Shown: piece after piece, positions 50,901 through 64,000 of the stretch
How positions within the stretch are numbered: position 1 is the stretch's first letter
Layout of the letters: each line of letters starts with the position of its first letter
NCBI GenBank assembly: GCA_963708025.1
Contig: CAVPSB010000014.1
Coordinates: forward strand, 128,001 to 192,000
Reading direction: 5' to 3'
Length of the DNA stretch: 64,000 nt
Origin: an uncultured Candidatus Rokubacteria bacterium
Lineage (GTDB): Bacteria > Methylomirabilota > Methylomirabilia > Rokubacteriales > DASRDR01
The notes under the pieces: generated by a model
Database searches by the model: none
Told to the model about the DNA's origin: nothing
Seen by the model: only the letters and a program-made list of their open reading frames with translations
Translations under genes and position numbers: made by a program

Positions 50901-53280
50901 AGCACCGCATCGTCGTTGGCGGCGAGCTGAAATGGGTGCGGGAGCGGGCGCAGGTCGAGTTCGACGCGGATGGCCGCGCCGTGAGGCGGAATCGGCACGG
51001 TCCAGGACATCACCGAGCGGAAGCGGGCGGAGGACGAGATCCGCCGGCTGGCTCGCCTGCAGGCGGAAGCCGCCGAGCTGGGGCAAGACGCCCTGCGCGG
51101 CGCGCCCTTGCAGGAGGTGCTGGACGGCGCGGTCACGCGGGTGGCCCGGGCTCTCGGCGTCGATTACTGCAACGTCGCGGAGATGCTCCCGGGCGGCGAC
51201 GAGTTCCTCCTGCGCGCGGGCGTCGGCTGGAAGGAAGGGGTCGTGGGGCGAGCGACGGTGAAGAGCCGTGGCTCCCAGCCCGGATACACCGTCCTCAGCG
51301 ACCGCCCGGTGATCGTCGAGAACGCGGCGACGGAAACACGCTTCGCCCCGCTGCCGCGGCTGCTCGGTGAAGAGGTCGGGAGCGCGATGAGCGTGGTCAT
51401 CTCCACCGCGGAAGGCCCCTACGGCGCCCTGGGCGCCCATAGCCGGCGTCGGCGGGTGTTCACGGGAGACGAGGTCAACTTCCTCCAGGCGGTCGCCAAC
51501 GTGCTCGGCATGGCCATCGAGCGCCGGCGCGCGGAGGAACGGCTCCGTCGCGTCAATCGCGCGCATCGTGCCCTCAGCACGTCCAACGAGGCCCTGGTCC
51601 GCGCCACCGACGAGTCCGCGCTGCTGCGGCAGATCTGCCAGATCATCGTCGAGGAGGCGGGGTATCGACTCTGCTGGGTCGGCTATGCGGAAGGGGACGC
51701 CGCCCGGACCGTGCGGCCCATCGCGCAAGCGGGGTTCGACGAAGGGTACCTGAAGGCGGCGAACATCACCTGGGCGGACTCCGAGCGCGGCCGCGGGCCG
51801 ACGGGGACCTGCATCCGCACGGGCCAGATCCAGATCGCGAAGAACATCGGCACGGACCCGAAGCTGGCGCCGTGGCGCGCGGATGCGCTCCGGCGCGGAT
51901 ACGCCTCGTGCATCGCCATCCCGCTCGTGGCCGAGGGCCAGCCGTTCGGCGCGCTGACGATCTACTCCCCGGAGATCGAGGCGTTCGGGGACGAGGAGGT
52001 GAGGCTCCTGAGCGAGCTGGCCGGCGATCTGGGCTATGGCATCGTGTCGCTGCGCACGCAGGCCGATCGAAAGAGGGCCGAGGTGGAAGAGGTGGCCCGT
52101 GAGCGCGAGGTCGCGATCGGCTTCAAGATCCAGCAGATGCTGCTCCTGGACGAGCCGCCCCGGGACATCCCCGGACTGCGCGTGGCCGCGCTCGACCGTC
52201 CCCTCGCAGCGGATCGCCGGCGATTTCTACGACTTCTTCACCCACCAGGACGAGAGCCTCGACCTCATCGTCGCGGACGTGATGGGCAAGGGAATCCCTG
52301 CCGCGCTCCTGGGCGCGGCGACCAAGAGCCATTTCACGGAGGCCCTGTGCCACCTGATTGCGCTGTCCCCGGTCGGGGCACTTCCGGAGCCCCGGGAGGT
52401 CGTGACCCTGGCCCATGCGGGCATGGCGCGGCATCTGATCGAGCTCGAGAGCTTCGTGACCCTGTGCTACGCCCGCGTGGACCTGACCCGCCGCCGCCTC
52501 GACCTCGTCGATTGCGGACATACGGGAGTCATCCACGTGCGGGGCGGGACCGATCGCTGCGAGATGGTCCACGGAGACAACCTGCCGCTCGGCATCCGCG
52601 AGGGCGAGATCTACGATCAGATCACCGTCCCGTTCGAGGCCGGAGACGCCTTCCTCTTCTACTCGGACGGGGTCACGGAGGCGTCCAATCCCGCCGGAGA
52701 GCGGTTCGGCGCGGACCGTCTGATGGCTTGTGTCCAGACGAACGCGAATCTCGCGCCCGACGCGCTGGTGGGCGCGATCCGCACGGCCGTCCTCGCATTT
52801 GCCGGCTCGGACCGGCTGACCGATGACCTCACGTGTGTGGCCGTCGAGGTCGGAGAGCGCCGGCGTCCGCTCGCGCGAGGGGAGACGGAGATTCGCAGCG
52901 ACCTCAAAGATCTGAGCCGGGCCCGCGAATTCGTGCGCACCTTCTGCCGCGCACTTCCCGGGCCACCGCTCGACGAGGACCGCGTGGCCGAGCTTGAGCT
53001 GGCGGTGAACGAGGCAGCCAGCAACGTCATGAAGCACGCCTACCATGGGCGCGCCGATCAGCGGATTCATCTCGAGGCCGAAGCGTTTCCGGACCATGTC
53101 GCGGTCCGGCTGCACCATCTCGGAGATCCCTTCGATCCGTCGGCGGTGCCCCCGCCCGCTTTCGATGGCTCCCGCGAGTCCGGATTCGGCGTCTATCTGA
53201 TCACGAGGAGCGTCGACGACGTCCGCTACTATCGCGACGAGCGCGGGGGCAACTGTATCGCCCTGGTCAAGATGCGCTGA
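47905..53280 (+). CDS. Multidomain sensor: DUF4118 - PAS - TM region - 4xPAS - 2xGAF - SpoIIE/PP2C phosphatase - RsbW-like HATPase (~1,790 aa; three frameshifts)
   Basis: NFFFLPPIYSLTIADPQNWVAL (KdpD-type TM), PAS repeats, GAFs, AGDFYD / DVMGKG / SDGVTE / DDLT, ELAVNEAASNVMKHAY / GFGVYLI. Confidence 0.82.
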
Positions 53281-53303
53281 ACCCGAGGTGAGGGACGAAC
53301 ACG

Positions 53304-53632
53304 ATGGCAATCGCATTCGACCGGATGGGCGACGTGACCGTGGCCCTGGTGCCCATGGAGGAGCTCGACGCGGGCAACGCGGCGGAGTTCAAGAGTGACG
53401 TCGCCCCGTTGCTCGAGACCACGACGAGGCTCGTGTTCGACCTGAGCCGGCTGCGCTTCGTGGACAGCTCCGGACTGGGCGCCTTCATCTCGTGCCTGCG
53501 GAAGCTGAACGCCAAGGGCGGCGACGTGAAGCTCTGCGGAGTGTCCAAGCCGGTCCGGGCGGTGTTCGAGCTCGTGCGCATGCACCGGATCTTCGATATC
53601 TGCGGAACGCGAGAGGAGGCCGTGCGGATGTT

Positions 53633-53642
<10 letters not shown>
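53304..53642 (+). CDS. STAS-domain anti-sigma-factor antagonist (RsbV-like)
   Basis: DLSRLRFVDSSGLG with the phosphoacceptor Ser. Confidence 0.92.
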
Positions 53643-55835
<2,193 letters not shown>

Positions 55836-56056
55836 CGAGGCCTCCTCAGAGCGGCGATCGCCGGAGGCGCGATCGCGGCGGCCGCTCACATCGCCCCCGA
55901 TCCCGCTTGATGTGGACTGCGGCGGTCCGCGATCGTAGCACACACGGTGTCGTGATCTCGTGCCCCGCCTCAGCCTGCACGAATGCGGCATCATGAGAGG
56001 ATGGAACCACGTGAAATGAGGACCGGCCTCTTTCGCGCGTTCAGGGGCGGGACGTC

Positions 56057-56878
56057 GTGACCGTCCTCCTCTGCCCAGTCCGGGGTTGCTGCCGACCACT
56101 GGTGCGCGAGGAGAGTCGCCTGGCCTGCCCGCGCCGACATTCCTTCGATATCGCCCGCAGCGGCTACGTCAACCTCCTTCAGCCACAGGACCGCAAGGCC
56201 GCCCGTCCCGGCGACTCGGCCCACGTCCTGGCGGCGCGGCGGCGATTGCTCGCCCGGGGATTCGAGACGCCGCTCACGGAGGCGATCGTCAGGCTCCTCA
56301 CGCTCGGCCCGGGCGACGCCGCCCTCGAGGTCGGGTGCGGCGAGGGCCATCACCTTGCGGCGATCGCCGCGCGATTCACGTGCGAGGGACACGGCCTCGA
56401 CATCTCCGCGGCCGCGATCGACGCCGCGGCCAGGCGGTATCCCGGGCTTCACTGGGTCGTGGCGAACGCCGACCGCTTCCTGCCGTACGCCGACGCGTCG
56501 TTTCGCGTCGTGGCCTCCATCACGGCGCGACGGAACGCGGCCGAGTTCCGGCGCGTCCTCCGCGATGACGGCACTCTCCTCGTCGTCGTCCCCGGGCCCG
56601 ACGATCTCATCGAGCTGCGCCACGCGATCCTCGGCGAGGGCATCGTGCGGGATCGCGTGGAGAGCGCGATCGCGGCGTTCGCGCCGCTCTTCACGCTCGC
56701 GCGCCGCCAGCGCATCCGTCACGTCGCGCGCCTCGACGCCGCTTCCATCCGCGACGTCATGACCACCTCGTATCGCGCCGGTCGCGCAAGCCGGCGCGGG
56801 CGTCTGGCGTCGATCGGCGCCCTCGACGTCACGCTGAGCCGCGACGCGCTGCTCTTCCAGCCGGCCCGGCCCGTTTGA
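56057..56878 (+). CDS. RlmA-like SAM methyltransferase with N-terminal Zn finger
   Basis: LCPV...CPRRHSFDIARSGYVNLL, LEVGCGEG, GLDIS. Confidence 0.82.
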   Translation: MTVLLCPVRGCCRPLVREESRLACPRRHSFDIARSGYVNLLQPQDRKAARPGDSAHVLAARRRLLARGFETPLTEAIVRLLTLGPGDAALEVGCGEGHHLAAIAARFTCEGHGLDISAAAIDAAARRYPGLHWVVANADRFLPYADASFRVVASITARRNAAEFRRVLRDDGTLLVVVPGPDDLIELRHAILGEGIVRDRVESAIAAFAPLFTLARRQRIRHVARLDAASIRDVMTTSYRAGRASRRGRLASIGALDVTLSRDALLFQPARPV

Positions 56879-56946
56879 CACGGGCTCTCCTGGCGCCGAT
56901 GGGGGGATCGAGCATGTGGAGCAGAGGGCGACCGGCTCCCTTGATC

Positions 56947-59612
56947 CTAGCGCCCGCCCGCTTCCCGCAGTCGCTGCAACAGCTCGCCCAGGCGGCGAAG
57001 CTCTTCGCTCGCGCGCGTGAGGGCGGAGGCCGCGGCATCCAGCAGCGTCTTCACCGAGCCCTCGGCCCCCACCGGGGGACTCGGCGCCACCTCGGCCCCC
57101 GCCCGCGGCGCCGGTCCACCGAACACCCGCGCCATCGCGCCCGTCCAGCGTCTCCTCCATGGCGATCCGGTCCCCGAAGCCGACGATCACGCGCTTGAGC
57201 TCCGGGAGCTGCCCCTTCTCGGCGGCGATGTAGAGCGGCTCGACATACACGAGGGAGCGCTCGATGGGGATGACCAGGAGATTCCCCCGGATCACCTGGG
57301 AGCCCCGCTGGTTCCAGAGGGAGAGCTGCTGGGAGATGAACGAGTCCTGGTCGATCCGGGCCTCGATCTGCCGGGGTCCGTAGATCAGTTTCTGCTTGGG
57401 GAAGTTGTAGACGACGAGCTTCCCATAGTGGGGCGGGTCGCTCCGCGCCGCCAGCCACGCGGACAGGTTGTCCTTCTTGCTGGGAGTGAAGGGGATGAGG
57501 AGGACGAACTCCTCCTTCGGCTCGCCGGGCAGGCGCAAGATGAGGTAGTAGGGCTCCATGGCCTGATCCTGCCCACCCACGGGGCGGACCGGGATGCTCC
57601 AGAGGTCCTCCTTGTTGTAGAAGACCTGGGTGTCGCGCATGTGGTAGACGGCGTACATCCCCGCCTGGATCCGGAACAGCCCCTCGGGGTAGCGGATATG
57701 GGCGCGGAGGTCGGCCGGCATGGCGTCGAGCGGCTGGAGCAGCCCGGGGAAGATCCGCGCGATCGTGCGGATCAGGGGATCCGCCGGATCCGCGACATAG
57801 AAGTGCACCGTCCCGTCGTAGGCGTCCACGGTCACCTTGACGGCGTTGCGCACGTAGTTGCCCAGCCCGCGCGTCGGCGTCGAGTACGGGAACCGGTCGG
57901 AGACCGTGTAGCCATCCAGGAGCCAGACGATGCGCCCCGCCGCCGAGATCACCATGTAGGGATCGTCGTCGTACCGGAAGAACGGGGCGATCCGCTGGAC
58001 CCGCTCCCGGATGTTCCGGTAGATCAGCACCCGGCTTTCCGTGGTCAGGTCGTTCGACAGGAGGAGCTTGAGGTCCCCCAGGTGCGCCGCGAACAGCGCC
58101 TTGCGCCAGAAGGACCCCAGCGGGATCCCGCCCTGTCCCTCGTACGTGGTGTAGACGTTCTGGTCCCCCGCCGGGTAGTCGAATTCCTTGGCCCGGGTCT
58201 TCACGAAGACATAGTCGGTGGCCAGCTCGCTGAAGTAGAGCTCCGGGCGGGAGATCCGGAGATCGCTGGAGGCCACCGGAGGGATGTCCTTGACCCAGAA
58301 CTCGGGGAGCCCCTCGCGCGTCACCCGGTTCACCGGGCTCACCACGGCGCCGTAGCCGTGCGTGTACGTCAACCGCTCGTTGATCCAGATCCGGCTCGGC
58401 AGATCCTTCGCGGAGAGCTCCCGCGGCGACAGGGTCACCTGCCGGTACTCCCCGTTGATGGTGTACCGATCGATATCGATATCCGTGAACTTGTAGTAGG
58501 TCCGGATCTCTTGGAGCTGGCTGTAGGTGGCGAGCAGGGGCCGGGTGTCCCACAAGCGGATATTCTTGATGGTCGCGTCGTTCTTGCGCAGGTCCTGAAG
58601 CGTCAGCGTCTGCTCGGCCGGGAACTCCCGCTCCTCGATGTTGTCCAGGCCGTAGGCCAGGCGGGTGTAGCGGATGTTGAAGTCGATGTACGGCTTCTCC
58701 TTGACGATCTCGTTCGGGGACACCTGGTACCGCTGGATCAGACCCGGGTACGCGACCCCGCCCAGGATCGCCACGCCCACCAGCGCGGCGACGCTCCACA
58801 GGAGGGGGCGCCAGCTCCGGAGACGGATCGTGACCAGGCACAGGACGGCGACCAGGCCGGCCAGGACCATCAGGGCCTTCAGGACCGGGAGCTGGGCGTG
58901 GACGTCGGCATAGCCGGCGCCGAAGGCCACGCCCCGCTGGGAGAAGAGGAGGTCGAACATGGCCAGACGGTACCCGGCGGCCTTCAGGAGGAGCAGCAGG
59001 GCCGCCAGGACCAGGAGGTGACCCCGGGCCCGTCGGGAGATCGAGACGGCCCTCGGGGGAGACCTGAATGCCCCGGGTGCAGAAGTACACGGCGATCGCG
59101 GCCAGACCCGAGAGGATGAGGACCCCCATCAGCCAGCCATAGAGGGAGCTCCAGAGCGGGAGCTGGAACACGTAGAAGGCCACATCCTGGTCGAAGAGCG
59201 GGTCCCGGATGCCGAACGGCGTGGGATTCAGAGCCTTCAGGACCAGCTCCCATCGGCCCGTCCCCAGCCAGCCGGCGAGGAGGGCCAGGATCACGCTCAC
59301 GGGCAAGGCCAGACGGCGGAGGTAGGGCTCCAGGATCTCTGGACTGGGCAGCCCGAGGGCGTCGTCCGCCGCCACGAGGACCTCGCGCGGGGCGAGCCGC
59401 CGGGCGAGGATCACGTTGCCGTACAGGATCAGGAAGAACGCGGCGCCCGTGACCACCCCGAGGAGGACCTGCGTCCGGAGCACGGTGACGAAGACCGACG
59501 TGAACTGCACCTCGCGGAACCAGAGCCAGTCGGTGTAGAGGCCGAGGATCTGGCCGGCCGTGCTCAGAAGGGCGATGGCGGCGATGACGAGGATCAGCCA
59601 CGATGAGACCAC
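56947..59612 (-). CDS. UPF0182 family membrane protein; two frameshifts
   Basis: YTDWLWF, DPLFDQDVAFYVF, NIRLWD, YTHGYG, NYVRNAVK..VDAYDG, HIRYP, VIRGNLLVIP, YVEPLY. Confidence 0.9.
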
Positions 59613-59992
59613 GGAACACGCATGGGACGGCCCTCCCTCCCGAGGTTCACCGACGGGCGATGGATCCTGCCCGCCGGACCAGGACCGAATCGCGAATCAC
59701 GGAGAGCTCGGCAGCACTCCGATCCGATGCATTTTCCCCGCCGTGCCTCGGCGGCGAGCGGCGGCGCGGCGTGGAGGCTGAGGGCCGAGCGAACGAGGCG
59801 GGTAATGGCCCTGAGGTGTCTCCAGGCCTCCTGAACCGGCGAGTGCGGCGAGTGTAGGCCGGAGGCCAGTCGGGGTCAAGCCGGCCGGGGACGCTGCCTC
59901 CCCAGTTGGGGCGCCCGGTCCCCGATGGGGCGGCGACGCCACATGTGGTCCCCGAGGCTGCCGCCGGGCCGGGGCGTCCGAACTTACCGGGT

Positions 59993-60058
59993 CTTTACGC
60001 GCCCTTGATGCCCCAGGGCATGGATTTGACGCCATCTTGACCTGGTATGGACGACACT
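59993..60058 (+). promoter_or_regulatory. Four-half-site KdpE-type operator plus -10-like hexamer upstream of the porin-kdp operon (copy 3)
   Basis: ctttacgc 59993, cttgatgc 60004, tttgacgc 60025, cttgacct 60036; gacact at 60053. Confidence 0.7.
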
Positions 60059-60275
60059 TCGGAGTGCGGATTCCTGGAGGGCCGTTGAGGCGACCCGCTT
60101 GGCGCCGCCGTGGGTCCGTGGCACCGCTGTTGCGCGCTCCCGCACCTCGGCGCCGAGGGCCCTCGCGGGATCCGACGCCTCCCCGGAGATTCCCGGGAGG
60201 GTTCCTGCTGGCGCCGGACCCGGCCGTGGGCCGGGAGTCGGACGCCCTGGCATGACGCCAGGAAGGGAGGGGACC

Positions 60276-61478
60276 GTGGCCGAGCGTGAGGACGGGACAC
60301 CCTGGATCGTGGCGGGCGCTGACCGCCGCCGGGGCGCGTGGCGAGCGGGGCGGGCCGTGCTGGCGGTGGGCGCCGTCCTCGTGGCGGCGACTGGCGCCTT
60401 CGGCCAGACGACGGGCGCCGAGCCGCCCAAGGAGGCGCCCAAGACGCTGTTCCAGGAGCTGGTCTGGTTCGCCTACGTGGAGAACAGCGGCACGTTCAAC
60501 CTCCGCGGGGACGCCACCGACGGGACCAACGAGCTGCGCTTCTACGACGTCAACCGGGGGTACACCTTCAACATCGCGGAGTTCAGCGTGAAGAAGGAGC
60601 CCTCGGAGCGCTACCCCTTCGGCTTCGGGCTGGTCCTCACCGGGGGCGAGGACTCCCAGTTCAACCACGCGATCGGCATCTTCCGGGACGCGGACGAGGC
60701 CCCCACCGACACCGACAAGTTCGACGTCCAGGAGGCGTACCTCTCCTACAAGGTCCCGGTGGGCGCCGGGCTCACGCTCAAGGGCGGGAAGTTCGTCACG
60801 CCGATCGGCTACGAGGTCATCGAGTCGCCGAACGACCTGAACTTCTCGCGGGGCTTCCTCTTCACCTTCGCGACGCCGCTCACGCACGTCGGGCTGCTCG
60901 GCCTCTACCCGGTGAGCGACGCGCTCACGGTCACCGCCGGGCCGGTCCTCGGCTGGGACGTGGCCACCGACCGCAACGGCGCGCCCTCCGGGCTGGTCTC
61001 GGTCGCCTACACGGGCGTGAAGGACCTGTCGACGACCCTGAACTTCATCGTGGGCCCGGAGAAGACGGGGGACCAGACGAACCTGCGGGCGCTCCTCGAC
61101 CTGGTCGTCGCCTACACGGGGATCAAGAACGTGACGCTCGCCGCCGAGCTCGACGTCGCCGGGGAGGAGGACGCCGCGCCGGACGGCGGCACCGCCACCT
61201 GGTGGGGAATCGCCGGCTACGCGGCCTACGACTGGACCGAGAAGCTCCGCACGGCGGTGCGGCTCGAGTACTTCGACGACGCGGACGGCGTCCGCACCGG
61301 GTTCGGCTCCCAGCTCGGCCTCTTCGAGGTGACCGCGACGCTCCAGTACAAGATCTGGCGGGGGCTGGTCGGGCGCCTGGAGTACCGGCACGACCAGGCC
61401 GACGAGCGCGTGTTCTCCGGCGGGACGAACAAGAGCCAGGACACGTTCTCGGTGTCGGTCTACTACTCCTTCTTCTGA
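60276..61478 (+). CDS. Outer-membrane beta-barrel porin (OmpL/BBP2-like)
   Basis: Signal peptide, QEAYLSY, GKFVTPIGYEVI...N.NFSR, RLEYRHD, C-terminal Phe. Confidence 0.8.
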   Translation: MAEREDGTPWIVAGADRRRGAWRAGRAVLAVGAVLVAATGAFGQTTGAEPPKEAPKTLFQELVWFAYVENSGTFNLRGDATDGTNELRFYDVNRGYTFNIAEFSVKKEPSERYPFGFGLVLTGGEDSQFNHAIGIFRDADEAPTDTDKFDVQEAYLSYKVPVGAGLTLKGGKFVTPIGYEVIESPNDLNFSRGFLFTFATPLTHVGLLGLYPVSDALTVTAGPVLGWDVATDRNGAPSGLVSVAYTGVKDLSTTLNFIVGPEKTGDQTNLRALLDLVVAYTGIKNVTLAAELDVAGEEDAAPDGGTATWWGIAGYAAYDWTEKLRTAVRLEYFDDADGVRTGFGSQLGLFEVTATLQYKIWRGLVGRLEYRHDQADERVFSGGTNKSQDTFSVSVYYSFF

Positions 61479-61490
61479 GGAGGGCATTCC

Positions 61491-61574
61491 ATGCTCGACG
61501 TCTTGTACCTCGGGATCATCGTCGGGTTCCTGGCCCTGTCGTGGGGCCTGATCGAGCTGTGTGACCGACTCTAG
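61491..61574 (+). CDS. 27-aa single-TM peptide upstream of kdpF
   Basis: SD gaggagg; MLDVLYLGIIVGFLALSWGLIELCDRL*. Confidence 0.7.
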   Translation: MLDVLYLGIIVGFLALSWGLIELCDRL

Positions 61575-61598
61575 GCCCGAAGACCGGAGGATCGCGCC

Positions 61599-61688
61599 AT
61601 GGCGCTCTACGTGATCGGCGGAATCGTGTCGCTCGGACTCCTCGTCTACCTGGTGGTGGCGCTGCTGAAGCCGGAGGTGTTCTCATGA
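61599..61688 (+). CDS. kdpF: K+-transporting ATPase subunit F
   Basis: [29 protein letters not shown] with the YL..ALL.PE.F motif; overlaps the kdpA start. Confidence 0.88.
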   Translation: MALYVIGGIVSLGLLVYLVVALLKPEVFS

Positions 61689-63486
61689 CCGCGAACGGGT
61701 ACCTGCAGATCGCGCTCTACCTCGTCGTCCTGCTGGCGCTGGCGAAGCCGCTCGGCGGTACATGGCGCGGGTCTACGAGGGCCAGCCGCTCGGCCTCGAC
61801 CGCGTGCTCGGGCCGCTCGAGCGGCTGATCTACCGGCTGTGCCGGCGTCCGGCCCGGACGAGGAGATGGGCTGGAAGACCTACGCCCTCGCGATGCTGCT
61901 CTTCAACGTCGCGGGCTTCGCTCGCCGTCTACGCTGCTGCAGCGCCTCCAGGGCCTGCTGCCGCTCAACCCGCAGGGCCTCGGCGCGGTCTCGCCCGGAC
62001 TCGTCGTTCAACACCGCCGTCAGCTTCGCCACCAACACCAACTGGCAGGGCTACGGCGGCGAGACGACGCATGAGCTACCTGACCCAGATGCTCGGGCTG
62101 ACGGTGCAGAACTTCGTCTCGGCCGCCGACCGGCATGGCGGTGCTGGTCGCCTTCATCCGCGGCTTCGTCGCGCCGCACGGCCGAGCACCATCGGCAACT
62201 TCTGGGTCGACCTGACGCGCAGCACGCTCTACATCCTGCTGCCGCTGTCGCTCGTGCTGGCGCTCGTCGCTGGTCTCGCAGGGCGTGGTGCAGACCTTCG
62301 CGGCCCTACGCGAGCACGGTCGTCCAGACTACGAGTGCCGAGACGACGGACGGCAAGCCGGTCCGGACGAGGCAGCCCAGCGCGAAGTGCGACCGAGCAG
62401 ATGCTCGCCGTCGGCCCGGCCGCCTCGCAGATCGCCATCAAGCAGCTCGGCACCAACGGCGGCGGCTTCTTCAACGTCAACTCGGCGCACCCGTTCGAGA
62501 ACCCGACGCCGCTCTCGAACTTCCTCGAGATGCTGGCGATCCTCCTGATCCCGGCGCGCCCTCTGCTACACGTTCGGCAGGATGGTCGGCGACACGCGCC
62601 AGGGCTGGGCGCGTGCTGGCGGCGATGACGGTCGTGCTTCGTGCCGTCCTGCTGGCGCCTGTGCTGGCGGCCGAGCAGCGCGGCAACCCGCGCCTCGGCC
62701 GCGCTCGGCGTCGACCAGCCAGGCGAGCGCCCTCCAGCCGGGCGGCAACATGGAGGGCAAGGAGGTGCGCTTCGGCATCGCCAACTCCGCGCTCTGGGCG
62801 ACGGCGACGACCGCCGCCTCCAACGGCTCGGTCAACTCGATGCACGACTCGTTCACGCCGCTCGGCGGCCTGGTGCCGCATGTGGCTGATGCAGCTCGGC
62901 GAGGTGATCTTCGGCGGCGTCGGCTCGGGCCTCTACGGCATGCTGATCTTCGCCATCGTCGCGGTGTTCGTCGCCGGGCTGATGGTCGGCCGCACGCCGG
63001 AGTACCTCGGCAAGAAGATCGAGGCCTACGAGATGAAGATGGCGTCGCTGGTCATCCTGATCCCGCCCGTCGCTGGTGCTGATCGGCACCGCGGTCGCGG
63101 TGGTCGACGCGCCGGGCGGCAAGGCCACGCATCTTCAACCCCGGCGCCGCACGGCTTCAGCGAGATGCTCTACGCCTTCTCGTCGGCCGGCAACAACAAC
63201 GGCAGCGCGTTCGCCGGGCCTCGGCGCGAACACGCCCGTTCTACAACACGGCCCTCGGGCTCGCGATGCTCTTCGGCCGCTTCTGGCTGGCGATCCCGGC
63301 GCTGGCGATCGCCGGCTCGCTGGCCGCGCAAGAAGAACGTGCCCGCCGGCGCCGGCACGCTGCCGACGCACACGCCGCTGTTCGTCGTGCTGCTGGTCGC
63401 GCGTGGTCGTGCTCGTGGGCGCGCTGACCTTCATCCCCGCGCTCTGGCGCTCGGACCGATCGTCGAGCACCTGCATGATCGACTGA
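61685..63486 (+). CDS. kdpA: K+-transporting ATPase subunit A; heavily frameshifted in assembly
   Basis: [60 protein letters not shown] spread across frames. Confidence 0.9.
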
Positions 63487-63522
63487 GCGTCGAAGCCTGT
63501 AGCGACGGAGGTCGCAGCTACC

Positions 63523-64000
63523 ATGGCGACACGACGTCAAGCGCGTCCGCTGTTCGAGTCGCGCCGATCGTCGCGCCGCGCGCATGGTCGACTCGTTCCG
63601 CAAGCTCGACCCGCGCCATGCAGGTGCGCAACCCGGTGATGTTCGTCGTCGAGGTCGGCAGCGTCCTGACGACCGGCGCTGTGCGTCCAGGCGCTGGTCG
63701 GCCACGGCGAGGCGCCGGCCGGGTTCATCCTCGGCGGTCTCGGTCGTGGCTGTGGTTCACCGTGCTGTTCGCCAACTTCGCCGAGGCGATGGCCGAGGGC
63801 CGCGGCAAGGCGCAGGCCGACGCGCTGCGCAGCGCGCGCGCAGCGACGTCCAGGCCAAGAAGCTGCATCGAGCCGCGACGCGGCGGCCGACGTCACGCAC
63901 GGTCACCGTGCCGGCGTCGCTGCGCAAGGGCGACGTCGTCCTCGTCGAGGCCGGCGACGTCATCCCCGGCGACGGCGAGGTCATCGAGGGCGTCGCCTCG
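63523..64000 (+). CDS. kdpB: K+-transporting ATPase subunit B (5' part; frameshifted)
   Basis: [51 protein letters not shown]. Confidence 0.9.

Noticed and set aside
53229-53632. GlgX C-terminal extension antisense to the STAS gene
   Set aside because: Removing one base gives LVTRPRYD* ending at 53633; the overlap is likely an indel artefact
59800-59910. 6S RNA or SRP RNA
   Set aside because: The hairpin is only ~100 nt with no clear central bubble, and the SRP GGAAG-AGCAG loop is absent
59620-60275. c-di-AMP (ydaO) riboswitch upstream of kdp
   Set aside because: Hallmark segments (GCTGAATCC, GGGGTGAA, GTCAGCTAAC) are not found; the direct-repeat operator explains the region better

Overview
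High-GC bacterial window. The many dipeptide-type ABC systems and 'AQQAGKVYRIG'-type binding-protein remnants suggest a Rokubacteria/Methylomirabilota-like genome (inference). Many genes carry 1-bp frameshifts that cluster regionally and look like long-read assembly errors. Contents, in order: (i) 0-20 kb, peptide/nickel-type ABC importers and small-molecule catabolic enzymes, a BrnTA toxin-antitoxin pair next to a degenerate attC-like site, and a cytochrome P460-family/cupredoxin fusion; (ii) 21-25 kb, a decayed IS1634/integrase scar region; (iii) 28.4-34.4 kb, a five-gene double-GTPase conflict-type operon (GAAD-like, GASH-like, two TRAFAC GTPases, GAP1-N1-like) with no visible effector, lying between ABC permeases and a binding protein and carrying a MITE-like insert; (iv) 40-64 kb, an osmotic/K+ stress and glycogen region with a CPA1-cNMP antiporter, USP, glgP, a ~1,800-aa DUF4118-PAS-GAF-PP2C-RsbW sensor plus STAS, glgX, UPF0182, and porin-kdpFAB. 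Three promoters in region (iv) share an identically spaced four-half-site OmpR/KdpE-type operator. One of them drives an unannotated 56-aa Zn-ribbon microprotein. No rRNA, tRNA or CRISPR array was recognised.
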